From assembly GCF_947254095.1 (NCBI RefSeq), contig NZ_CAMYBV010000003.1, forward strand, positions 32,565 through 96,564: a stretch of 64,000 nucleotides of DNA, written 5' to 3'. Numbering within the stretch: the stretch's first letter is position 1; every line of letters begins with the position of its first letter. This document shows positions 48,674 to 57,705 of this stretch, one piece after another. The position numbers were made by a program, and so were the translations under genes. The notes beneath the pieces are model-generated. The model saw nothing but the letters and a program-made list of their open reading frames with translations. It made no database searches and was not told the DNA's origin. The stretch comes from an uncultured Mobiluncus sp. (GTDB lineage: Bacteria; Actinomycetota; Actinomycetes; Actinomycetales; Actinomycetaceae).

Positions 48674-51600
48674 CGTTGTCTCACTTCCACTCCGAGATTA
48701 TTCCCAGTACCCCAAGCTCCTAGGGATTCGATTTGTGTCAAATTCGGTCCGCTGAACGCCGCCACCGCTAAGTCCACACGGTCTTGTAAATAGTCTTTCA
48801 ACAGCATGGCTTCCGGATCGGGCGCTCCCGGGGCTTCACCGCGCAGCCAGGCCAGCGGGTCAAGGAGAATTTGCCGTTGTTCAGCGGAGAACGGATTGGG
48901 GAGGGTAATCGTTTCCGTTTCTGAAGCTAGGGCTTTTTGGACCCAGATCTTGGGGTCTCGCGGCTCTTCGATGACTTCGGAGTTCAGCGGTTCGTCCGAG
49001 TTTGGCGGCACCAGGAGGGCCACAATTTCCGCCAGATCGCAGGGCTGCTGCTGGCCTAGCGCAGAGGCGTTATAGGCTGCCTGGTAGAGAGCTAACTGCA
49101 GATTGCCCGCCACCAGGGGGGCACTGAATTTAGTAAGAGCTCCGGTCTTATAGTCGATTAAGATGACTCGTCCATGCGCAAACATCACCCGGTCAATTCG
49201 GGCGTTGTACACCAGGGCGCCGGCCCCGGAACTGGCCTGCAACCGAGCGGGATAACGCACCTCGAAAAGAGAGGGATACTGATGATTGACCAAGAAAGTC
49301 GCCAGGGGCACCAGGCAGGTTTCGATTCGACGCCGGAAGTTCCATTCCACCCACGTGTCCCCGGAGAGGGGGCCCAGAAGACTGCGCACCTCGTTGCGTA
49401 GTTCGGTCAGGATTTGGTCATATTCCAAGTCATCTCGAGGCCCGTGGTCCTTCCACCAGTATCTGCGTCCCAGGATCTCGGCGGCTGCGTGAACAATGTT
49501 CCCGACTTTATTAGCCGCATACGGGTCATCTTCATCGTTAGAGTAGCCGGACCAGCTCAGCACGTTATCCAAAGGATTTTCCAAGGCACGTTCCAGCCCT
49601 GAGGCATAGATGTGCACTTCGGTGGATTCTAGATTGGTGGATTCGGGATTGGTTCCGCTGATCGGCAAGGCACCCATCCAATTGTCCGGGTGAGCGGCTG
49701 GACAATCCCCCGCTGCCAGTTTCGCCAAGAGACCCGCGGCGGTAGGAGCATCGATAGTGGGAGTTCCCCAACTGGTTTCCCCACCCAAGCAGGCCGAGCG
49801 CAGGTAGGCTACGAAGTCACGCAGGTTCGTGGGCAAAGGTCGATGCTGTTTCGGCTCTAGCTGTAAAGTCTGCACCAGCGGCGTGAGGAAAGTGGAACGT
49901 CCGACTCCGTCCTGAGCGGTGGTGCCCAAAATTAAACGTTCAGTGCAACGGGTCAAGGCGGTAAAGAAATGCCGGTACTCGTTTTGCCAGTTCCACAGGT
50001 AACCGGCGCTGCTGGAGTTTACGGGGTCGCCGCAATCTTCCAGCTCGAACGTGGAAGCACCCAAGATTGAACCCGGCCAACGCATCGCCGGCCAGCTTCC
50101 GTCAGTCAGTCCCGCTACTGCCACCAGGGGCCAATGCTGCGAGACAGAGGCCGCGGCAGGCGTGACCGTGACCGCGTCGTGTACCAGATGGTGCGGGGCG
50201 ACGGTGCCGGTTGGAAGATCGCGAGCCAGCATTCCCCGGGCGAAATCCGCCGCGGTTTGGCCCGGATTTCGAGCCTCGAACCAGTCCGCCGCCTTGAACA
50301 AGTCCATCACTAAATCCAGGTCTATCTGGAGGGTAGAACGCACCATGGGGACCAAGCCGGGCTGCAGGGCTCGAGCCTGGAGAAGTTCAGCGCGTCCCAG
50401 ACCATCCCAAAGCTTCCACAGCAACAACTGCACCGACCCTGAATCGGCTTTCCATTGCTGCCATCCCGAACGGAGCGCCTGTGCGAGGTCTGCCAGCTGG
50501 TTCGAATCAGGAAATTCGGCGGTTATCTCAGCGAGGGTGCGCCCAAAGAAATCCTGACCGGAAATCACCGTACGTAAAAACTGACGGATGTAAGGCAGGA
50601 TTCCAACTGTGTCGGAAGCGCTTTGCTCATCATCAGCGGCATTGCCGGATTCCATTGCGGAGGGGGACCGCTGGTCACCATCCCCGACTTCCCCCGGAGG
50701 CAGCAATGTCAGGTCGTGCAGATAGGTGTCCATGCGCCGCATTCGCCACACGTCCCAGCCCACCAGGGCAGAGGAAAGCAATCCGGCCAAATCCAGGTCC
50801 GAAAGCTCTACCTGGTCGGGGTTTTCCACGCAAACGGCCTGCATCATCTGAAGCAGGCAGCGGGTTAGACGCCCTTCGTTGAGTTGACCGGCGGCTCCCG
50901 GAACCACCACCGGAATATCCATGTTTTCCAAGACTTCAGCAACTTGGCGGGCTTCCAGGGAGGACCTGGTCAGAACTGCCATCTGAGAGTATTGCAGGGG
51001 GTGGTCAGAGAAAATGTGGGCGTCTTGCAGGAGCGTCCCGATTTCACGGTATTGGGCCGTGTCGTTGGGTTTTTCCACCAAAATAACGTGGTCTGGGCAG
51101 TCCGAGGCGGCGGTTGGTTCTGGCTGTGCCGGATCCGGGGACGGCTCCCCCTGCGCGTTCCACAATCGTGCGCTGATGCCGTGTACCCCCAGACGATTTA
51201 CAGCAGTGCGCCACAAGCGGCTCAACGGTGCGGGGACGTGTTCCCGGCTGAGCAGAATCTCGGTGACGGTTTTGCCGGGAATTTTCCCCAATCGTTCCCA
51301 CAGTTTTTCGCACAAGTGCGGACTGGCTCCGCGATAGGTGTTCACGCAGGTTTCGGGCAGGGTACAGGCCACGAGGGTGGTCCCATGCGCCGCCCAAAGC
51401 GAGAGGATGTCAATCATCAATCCGTTGAGGTTTTGCAGGTCATCGACCCCCACCAGTTCCGGTACCGGGGCTCCCGCTTTCACTGCCAAAAGGTATTCCT
51501 CGAAAAGGGAAGCCGTGTCCAGGGGCCAGGCAGATTGGCGAGCCTGCAGGCGTTGCGCCTCCCGGTCGGTTTGCATGGCCTGAATGAGCCGGATCACCAG

Positions 51601-52095
51601 CGGATGAACCGGGGATGGTGCGGGGTCTGAGAAGGCGGCGCCAGCAAAAGCCCGAACGCGGAAAATTCCGTCCACCAAATCACGCCGGAATCCCTGGGTT
51701 TCCAGAGCCGAGCGTAGTTCCTCCTCCAGGGGCATTTCGGCCAGGAAATCCTGGATTTGAACCATAACCTCAGCATCGGTAGCCAGTCGCACCTCCGGCA
51801 GGCCCTCCGCTTTACGCCATTGATTGAAACGCGCAAAAACTTCCGCCACGAAACCTTTGCTAACGCCCAGAGGGCAACCCGGAGTCTCAGAGCGGGCGCG
51901 AAGCTCTAAGGCTCGCTCGCTCAACCGTCGGGCAGCACCCGCATTCGCGCTCAACACCAGCATCTCGGGATTATCCACCAGCAGCTGGGCTAAAAGCGTG
52001 GTTTTGCCACTGGCTGGAACCCCCGCCAACAGTACAGATTCACCGTGATTAAGCGACTGGCGAACCTGACTCGCTAACTCATCGAAACTCTCCAT
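48670..52095 (-). CDS. adnA: Helicase/nuclease subunit AdnA (degenerate UvrD-like ATPase plus RecB-like nuclease domain)
   Basis: 1141 aa. N-terminal P-loop LAGVPASGKTTLLAQL. Large UvrD-like domains. Upstream partner of adnB, as in mycobacterial adnAB. Confidence 0.85.
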   Translation of the reverse strand: MESFDELASQVRQSLNHGESVLLAGVPASGKTTLLAQLLVDNPEMLVLSANAGAARRLSERALELRARSETPGCPLGVSKGFVAEVFARFNQWRKAEGLPEVRLATDAEVMVQIQDFLAEMPLEEELRSALETQGFRRDLVDGIFRVRAFAGAAFSDPAPSPVHPLVIRLIQAMQTDREAQRLQARQSAWPLDTASLFEEYLLAVKAGAPVPELVGVDDLQNLNGLMIDILSLWAAHGTTLVACTLPETCVNTYRGASPHLCEKLWERLGKIPGKTVTEILLSREHVPAPLSRLWRTAVNRLGVHGISARLWNAQGEPSPDPAQPEPTAASDCPDHVILVEKPNDTAQYREIGTLLQDAHIFSDHPLQYSQMAVLTRSSLEARQVAEVLENMDIPVVVPGAAGQLNEGRLTRCLLQMMQAVCVENPDQVELSDLDLAGLLSSALVGWDVWRMRRMDTYLHDLTLLPPGEVGDGDQRSPSAMESGNAADDEQSASDTVGILPYIRQFLRTVISGQDFFGRTLAEITAEFPDSNQLADLAQALRSGWQQWKADSGSVQLLLWKLWDGLGRAELLQARALQPGLVPMVRSTLQIDLDLVMDLFKAADWFEARNPGQTAADFARGMLARDLPTGTVAPHHLVHDAVTVTPAAASVSQHWPLVAVAGLTDGSWPAMRWPGSILGASTFELEDCGDPVNSSSAGYLWNWQNEYRHFFTALTRCTERLILGTTAQDGVGRSTFLTPLVQTLQLEPKQHRPLPTNLRDFVAYLRSACLGGETSWGTPTIDAPTAAGLLAKLAAGDCPAAHPDNWMGALPISGTNPESTNLESTEVHIYASGLERALENPLDNVLSWSGYSNDEDDPYAANKVGNIVHAAAEILGRRYWWKDHGPRDDLEYDQILTELRNEVRSLLGPLSGDTWVEWNFRRRIETCLVPLATFLVNHQYPSLFEVRYPARLQASSGAGALVYNARIDRVMFAHGRVILIDYKTGALTKFSAPLVAGNLQLALYQAAYNASALGQQQPCDLAEIVALLVPPNSDEPLNSEVIEEPRDPKIWVQKALASETETITLPNPFSAEQRQILLDPLAWLRGEAPGAPDPEAMLLKDYLQDRVDLAVAAFSGPNLTQIESLGAWGTGNNLGVEVRQR

Positions 52096-52134
52096 ACCTT
52101 GAGAGTACCAGTCCCCCCGGAGACGAAAATTTTA

Positions 52135-52169
52135 GAGTTTAAAACTCGCCCCATCCTCGAACATATAAT
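52135..52169. promoter_or_regulatory. Divergent adnA / DUF3107 promoter region: perfect palindrome GAGTTT-A-AAACTC and TCGAAC half SOS-box-like hexamer overlapping CATATAAT
   Basis: Read directly: aaaattttaGAGTTTAAAACTCgccccatccTCGAACATATAATtccc. Confidence 0.3.
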
Positions 52170-52224
52170 TCCCGCTCATCGGCCAAAACCCCTAGAATAA
52201 AGGGACAGTCGGAAAGGAACATTA

Positions 52225-52446
52225 ATGGAAATCAAAATCGGAATGAAGTCCGTGGCTCGCGAAATCGCCCTGGACATCGACAAGTCCCCCGAGGAACTGC
52301 AAAAGCTGCTCAAAGACGCCATCACCAAGGGGGAAATCATTGATTTGGTGGACAAGCGCGAGTCGCACACCATCCTGAACGCGGGCAACATCGCCTACGT
52401 CGAGTTTGCCCCGGAACGCCAAAACCGGATTGGTTTCGCCATCTGA
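52225..52446 (+). CDS. DUF3107 family small protein (conserved actinobacterial, helicase-neighbourhood)
   Basis: MEIKIGMKSVAREIALDIDKSPEELQKLLKDAITKGEIIDLVDKRESHTILNAGNIAYVEFAPERQNRIGFAI matches the DUF3107 pattern. GAAAGGAA RBS. Confidence 0.85.
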   Translation: MEIKIGMKSVAREIALDIDKSPEELQKLLKDAITKGEIIDLVDKRESHTILNAGNIAYVEFAPERQNRIGFAI

Positions 52447-52452
52447 TTGTCT

Positions 52453-53076
52453 CTAAAAAGCCAGCCCTAAGTCTTCCATCCTGCGGGAATGCTGCTTCTG
52501 GATTTCCTCGACCTTGTCGCTGGCGTCTATGCCCTCGGGCAGGAGCAGAGGGTAGGTGTCCAGAATAGCTCTGACCCCGGCTACAGCCTCTCCCGCGACC
52601 CGCCGCCCCCACATGGACAGGCGCGACTCTACCGTCGGGTCAGCCGCGATTCCGTCACGCAGCCGCGCTCGCACCCACTGCGTCAGTCCGGCGGATCCAG
52701 AAACCCCCAGAATCTCAATCATGTCAGCCCCCACGAACTGGGCTGCCAAATCCTCCATATCCGCCAAAATTCCCACAAAAATGTAGCTCTTAACCATGCG
52801 TTCCCACCAGTCACGAGGGCGGGTGCGCAGCTCCATGTCGTCAAAGAAGCCCACGTAAGGTTGGGTCAAGTCCGCCAAATCTAAGCCCCGCCGGTTAGCA
52901 AACGCTTCCAAATCATCGATGGCGGTCACGAAGGAAACCCCCATCCGCGCCAACGCCAGCTGGTCAGCAAAATCAGTGGTCTGGGACACATCCCGAGCCA
53001 GCCTCGCATAGGCCGTTATTCGCGTGAAAGCCACCAAACCCAGCATATGCGCCGTGCGTTCTTCCGAAATTTCCAT
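52453..53076 (-). CDS. Hypothetical protein, possibly a ferritin-like helical bundle
   Basis: 207-aa acidic helical protein. No recognisable catalytic motif. Function is inference from its neighbourhood only. Confidence 0.5.
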   Translation of the reverse strand: MEISEERTAHMLGLVAFTRITAYARLARDVSQTTDFADQLALARMGVSFVTAIDDLEAFANRRGLDLADLTQPYVGFFDDMELRTRPRDWWERMVKSYIFVGILADMEDLAAQFVGADMIEILGVSGSAGLTQWVRARLRDGIAADPTVESRLSMWGRRVAGEAVAGVRAILDTYPLLLPEGIDASDKVEEIQKQHSRRMEDLGLAF

Positions 53077-53155
53077 AGGTTCATTCTAAGCGCTGGGCTG
53101 CGGTAGGGAATGCGAAACTCAAGACATTGCCTGGAAAAGTTGTCAAAATGGGGGG

Positions 53156-55363
53156 ATGGGGATTTCTTTTTTTCCAAACTCAGCACCAGCCGGAGCCGCC
53201 TCCCGTCACCGGTCGGCCTCCCGTCATCGGGCTGCCGCTAGCTTTTGGTCTGAAGGCCGGCTCTGGCGGCGAGCCGGTGTGACGCTGGCAGCCGTGGGCT
53301 TGGCCGCCACCGGGCTGATAGCGGGTAGCCCCGGAACGAACTTTGCGCCCGGTCAGCCCGCCGTGGCGCAGGCGGCACCGGGGAACAGCGAGACGGCGGC
53401 ACGCGCCGAGTTTGAATCCTTGTGGAACGTAACAGACAAGGTCACCCCGTTTTCTTCCGGGACGGTCATTTCTTCGTGCACCCCCGGCACGGCGCAGCCC
53501 GAAGCCGTCCAAAAGATGCTTTCGACCTGGAACTATTTACGCTCTTTAAACGGTCTCACCCCCGTCAGTTTGCCTGCCGACTACGCTCCGCAAGGCCCGG
53601 CGCAAGCGGCAGCCCTCACCGCCGCGGCAGGACCGGTTGCTTCGCCAACCCCCGACTCTGTTCCCGGCGCTACCTGCCTGAACGAAGACGTGAAACTCGC
53701 CTCCCGTTCGGGGGTCATTTCCCGTTTGGACGGCATCGTCACCCCGGCCACAGAAATCTTGCGCTACATCACCGAAGCCTCCGCCACGAACATGAACGAT
53801 AACTTGGGCCATCGTCTCCAGATGTTCTCACCCGTTCAGGCAAACGCCGCTATCGGAGCCGTTTCCATCGGAACCTCCGGCCCTACCGCGACTTCCATCC
53901 AGCTTTTCGACACGACTTACCAGGCCGCCGGCCGGCCGGCCCACCCCAATTTTTGGAATCCCACAAATCCTCAGCCACCGAGCATAGCGTGGCCAGCAGC
54001 GGGGTACTTCCCCTCGCGTATCCTGCCTACCGGTGCGGGCGAAAATGTGTCCCGCTGGTCTTACTCCGGTCAATGCGCCGACCTGCGGGCTGCCGAGGTC
54101 CATGTGACCGGCCCCGCAGGAGAGATTCCGCTGCAGGTCGTTCGCCGTTCGCAACCGGGTATTGACCCCAATCTGACACCGTGGGAATACGGCGGATATG
54201 ACACAATTTTGTTTAAAGTTCCCCTGGATCAGCTGACTATTCCCGACTTCTACAACGTGGCGCCATATACCGTCAGTATCTCTAACATCCGCACCGCCCC
54301 AAACTGCCAGCCGGTACCGACCTCGACCAGCTACCAGATCAACCTGTTCAACTCGGATTGGCCCGCCGACCCTAACGGCGATGCGGATCGTGACGGGGTC
54401 CCGAACTCGCTGGATCCCCGCCCGCACATCCCTGACCTGCACACTAATCGGATTGGCGGGGCTAACCGATTCGAAACTTCCGCCGCTATCGCTAAGGCGT
54501 CAGACTCCCGTCCCGCGGTGGTCTACCTGGCTCACTCCGATATTTTCGCCGATGCCCTGGTAGGCGGGGTTCTCAAGGACGGTCCGGTACTTTTGGTTCC
54601 TCCCGATACGTCCTCGGTACCGCCCGTGATTACCGACACTCTGCACTCTCTGGGGCCCACACAGGTCATAGCTTTAGGGGGAACCGGAGCGGTTTCCGAC
54701 GCCCGTCTCTATGAACTCGCCGGGGGACGCAGCGCCCTGCGGGTGGGCGGAGCCAATCGGGTCGATACTTCCGTGATGATTGCCCGCCGAGCCTTTTCCA
54801 AAGCAAATTCTCTCTACATTGCCAACGCCTACGGGCCTGGCGGCAGTGTCTCACCGGACGCGCTGACCGGCGCTGCCTTGGGAGACGGACCTATCGTCCT
54901 GGTCAACTCGTCCTCCCCCGCTATCGCCACCATTCGCCAACTGGCGACGGACCTGCAGGTGAGCCGGGTAGTTGCCCTGGGAGGGCCCGCGGCCGTGTCG
55001 GACGCGGTACTTGAAGGTGTAGCCAACGGCAAAGCGGCGACCCGTCTGGGAGGCCGGGATCGTTACGAAACATCGCGGGAAATTGCGTTGGAATCCGCGC
55101 GTCTGCAGCCCTCAACCCACGCCTACCTGGCCCGCGGCGACGTGTTTGCCGACGCGGTTTCGGGAGGCCACCTGCGCAACGGACCGATTTTGCTGGTGCC
55201 GCGTGGCTGCACAGCCCTGGACCAGAACACATTGCACACTTTGGCAAAACTCAACGCTTTCCAGGTGACCGCCCTGGGCGGATACGGCGCAATCTGTGAA
55301 GAAACCTTACAGAGCGCGCTGCAGTGGCCAGACTACGTCAACCACAACGTCACCGAGTTCTAG
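53156..55363 (+). CDS. Secreted protein with an N-terminal domain of unknown function and three C-terminal CWB2 cell-wall-binding repeats
   Basis: Signal-peptide-like hydrophobic stretch VTLAAVGLAATGLIAGSPG. Repeats RIGGANRFETSAAIAK, RVGGANRVDTSVMIAR, RLGGRDRYETSREIAL, each followed by a Gly-rich GDGPxLLV segment. The exact start is uncertain. Confidence 0.75.
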   Translation: MGISFFPNSAPAGAASRHRSASRHRAAASFWSEGRLWRRAGVTLAAVGLAATGLIAGSPGTNFAPGQPAVAQAAPGNSETAARAEFESLWNVTDKVTPFSSGTVISSCTPGTAQPEAVQKMLSTWNYLRSLNGLTPVSLPADYAPQGPAQAAALTAAAGPVASPTPDSVPGATCLNEDVKLASRSGVISRLDGIVTPATEILRYITEASATNMNDNLGHRLQMFSPVQANAAIGAVSIGTSGPTATSIQLFDTTYQAAGRPAHPNFWNPTNPQPPSIAWPAAGYFPSRILPTGAGENVSRWSYSGQCADLRAAEVHVTGPAGEIPLQVVRRSQPGIDPNLTPWEYGGYDTILFKVPLDQLTIPDFYNVAPYTVSISNIRTAPNCQPVPTSTSYQINLFNSDWPADPNGDADRDGVPNSLDPRPHIPDLHTNRIGGANRFETSAAIAKASDSRPAVVYLAHSDIFADALVGGVLKDGPVLLVPPDTSSVPPVITDTLHSLGPTQVIALGGTGAVSDARLYELAGGRSALRVGGANRVDTSVMIARRAFSKANSLYIANAYGPGGSVSPDALTGAALGDGPIVLVNSSSPAIATIRQLATDLQVSRVVALGGPAAVSDAVLEGVANGKAATRLGGRDRYETSREIALESARLQPSTHAYLARGDVFADAVSGGHLRNGPILLVPRGCTALDQNTLHTLAKLNAFQVTALGGYGAICEETLQSALQWPDYVNHNVTEF

Positions 55364-55481
55364 GCGGTTGCCTGTAGTGGTGAACCAGGCAGGAAAAACA
55401 CATCCCCCGGCCAGCGCGGTTTACAATGAAAGATGTACACAAACGACTTTTGAACACTGACAACGATAAGGAAGATACACA

Positions 55482-57077
55482 TTGAGAAGCGAAGATACCT
55501 TGGAAACCGCGGGAACTGACGAGGAAACTGCGGCGGACATCACCGGTATTAACGACTTGGAAGCGAACCAAGACAAAACTTTCGCCGATTTCGATGTGGA
55601 ACCCGAAATCGTTGAGGCCCTGCAAGATCAAGGCATCATTCATCCGTTCCCGATTCAAGCCCTGACCCTGCCGGTCGCGTTGAACCGTCGGGACATTATC
55701 GGTCAGGCCAAGACCGGTACCGGCAAGACCCTCGGGTTTGCCATCCCGATTCTGCACGACATTATCGGTCCCGGCGACGAAGGCTGGGACGAGATTCCCG
55801 ATCCGGGAGCCCCGCAAGCCCTGGTGGTCTTGCCGACTCGCGAGCTGGCGAAACAAGTTGCGGCGGAAATTCGAGCCGCCGGCGCCCACCGGGTGGCTCG
55901 AATTGTCGAGATTTACGGCGGGGTCGGTTTCGATTCCCAGGTCGACGCGCTGCACCAGGGGGTCGAGGTGGTGGTCGGCACTCCGGGACGTCTGATCGAC
56001 CTGATGGATCAGGGTACCTTGAAACTGGGGAGGGTCCGCACCCTGGTTTTGGATGAGGCTGACGAGATGCTGGACATGGGGTTCCTGCCTGATGTGGAAA
56101 AACTCATCGCCCAGGTTCCCACACACCGCCACACCATGCTGTTCTCGGCCACGATGCCGGGACCGGTAGTTGCTCTGGCGCGCCGTTACATGGATCAGCC
56201 CACACATATTCGTGCCGCCGACCCGGCTGACTCCTCACAGACCGTGCGGCAGGTCAAACAGGTCGTGTACCGGGTACATTCCCTGAACAAGACGGAAGTC
56301 GTCGCCCGGATTTTGCAAGCTCAGGGGCGGGGTCTGACGATTATCTTTACCCGCACGAAGCGGACCTGCCAACGGCTGGCCGACGATCTCTCCGATCGGG
56401 GTTTCGCCACCGGCGCCATCCACGGTGATTTGGGTCAGAACGCACGAGAGCGGGCTTTGCGGGCTTTCCGTCACGGCAAGGTGGACGTGCTGGTTGCTAC
56501 TGATGTGGCGGCTCGAGGCATTGACGTGGATGACGTGACCCACGTGATTAACTATGAATGCCCCGAGGACGATAAGACCTATATTCACCGCATTGGGCGC
56601 ACCGCCCGCGCCGGCAACAAGGGCAGTGCCATTACTTTTGTGGATTGGGAGGACCTGACACGGTGGCGGGTCATTAACCGGGCTCTCGACTTGGATTTTG
56701 CCGAACCGAAAGAGACCTACCACACGTCCCCGCATCTCTATTCCGACCTGGATATTCCCGCTGACGCCACCGCAAACTTACCGCGGTCCCGCCGGATTCG
56801 TGCCGGATTGGAAGCCGAGGAACTGGAGGATTTGGGCGGACGCGACCCGGGGCGTTCCGGGCAACGTCGCAGCAGGAAAGGCTCCGGTTCGGGACGCCGG
56901 AAATCTGAGAAGGGCCGTGGACCACGCAAGAACGGCAAAAAGAAACACGACGTCAAAGATGGCGGGAAAACAGCAGAGCGCAAGGACGGTGCGGAACCGG
57001 CAAAGAAGGAACGCCAACGCAAACGCACTCGTCGTCACAAGTCCGATAAGGATGGAAAAAGTAAGGGAGCTCACTGA
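55482..57077 (+). CDS. DEAD-box ATP-dependent RNA helicase with basic C-terminal tail
   Basis: Q motif, Walker A AKTGTGKT, PTRELA, DEAD (VLDEADEMLDMGF), SAT, HRIGRTARAG. Lys/Arg-rich C-terminus. Confidence 0.9.
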   Translation: MRSEDTLETAGTDEETAADITGINDLEANQDKTFADFDVEPEIVEALQDQGIIHPFPIQALTLPVALNRRDIIGQAKTGTGKTLGFAIPILHDIIGPGDEGWDEIPDPGAPQALVVLPTRELAKQVAAEIRAAGAHRVARIVEIYGGVGFDSQVDALHQGVEVVVGTPGRLIDLMDQGTLKLGRVRTLVLDEADEMLDMGFLPDVEKLIAQVPTHRHTMLFSATMPGPVVALARRYMDQPTHIRAADPADSSQTVRQVKQVVYRVHSLNKTEVVARILQAQGRGLTIIFTRTKRTCQRLADDLSDRGFATGAIHGDLGQNARERALRAFRHGKVDVLVATDVAARGIDVDDVTHVINYECPEDDKTYIHRIGRTARAGNKGSAITFVDWEDLTRWRVINRALDLDFAEPKETYHTSPHLYSDLDIPADATANLPRSRRIRAGLEAEELEDLGGRDPGRSGQRRSRKGSGSGRRKSEKGRGPRKNGKKKHDVKDGGKTAERKDGAEPAKKERQRKRTRRHKSDKDGKSKGAH

Positions 57078-57580
57078 TGATTGATCACCTCACCCCTTAC
57101 GAAGGCGTTATTTTTGGCGCTTTAATCGGAATGGGCATCATCTCGATGCTCTCGGCCGAGGAAAACACCCAGACGGTGGGGGCCTGCCTGTTAGCGGCCG
57201 GTTTTTGGGGCGGGGTCATTGCGCTGGTGCGCGCCTTGGTGCATCGCGAGCCCGGGGGTCTATATGTCATCTCCTTCGTGGCAGCGCTGATTGCCGGTTT
57301 GATGAAGTTCTTTGTGTTTTCTGACTTGGGCAAAGACGGCGGAAACCGGGTCATCTGGACTTTCATTATCGGCATCGGCATCGCCGGTTTAGTCGGCACG
57401 GCTTTGAACGCTTTGATTCGCAAGCCCCCGGAGGACCCGGAAGCAGCAGCGAAGCAGGCCGCCCCGAAGCTTGACGAATCCGAGGGAGCCGCTCCCCTGC
57501 ACGGGTTAGATGAAGCCGCGTCAGAGGCTGGCGCACCGATAGATGAAGTTCCTCCTGAGGACGCCCCGGACTTGCCCTAG
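57077..57580 (+). CDS. Hypothetical integral membrane protein (4 transmembrane segments), translationally coupled to the helicase gene
   Basis: The ATG overlaps the helicase TGA (ATGA). Hydrophobic helices IFGALIGMGIISMLSA, LLAAGFWGGVIALVRAL, VISFVAALIAGLMKFFVF, IIGIGIAGLVGTALNALI. Confidence 0.6.
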   Translation: MIDHLTPYEGVIFGALIGMGIISMLSAEENTQTVGACLLAAGFWGGVIALVRALVHREPGGLYVISFVAALIAGLMKFFVFSDLGKDGGNRVIWTFIIGIGIAGLVGTALNALIRKPPEDPEAAAKQAAPKLDESEGAAPLHGLDEAASEAGAPIDEVPPEDAPDLP

Positions 57581-57705
57581 ACACCTAACACAACAGTCAC
57601 CTGCCCGGCCGAGGACGTCACGAGGACAGCACGAAGACAGAGGTTTTGATGGTGACAAACGGGAAAACGACCGCGGGCTAGTGCCGAGCGCGTAGACTTG
57701 AGGGC

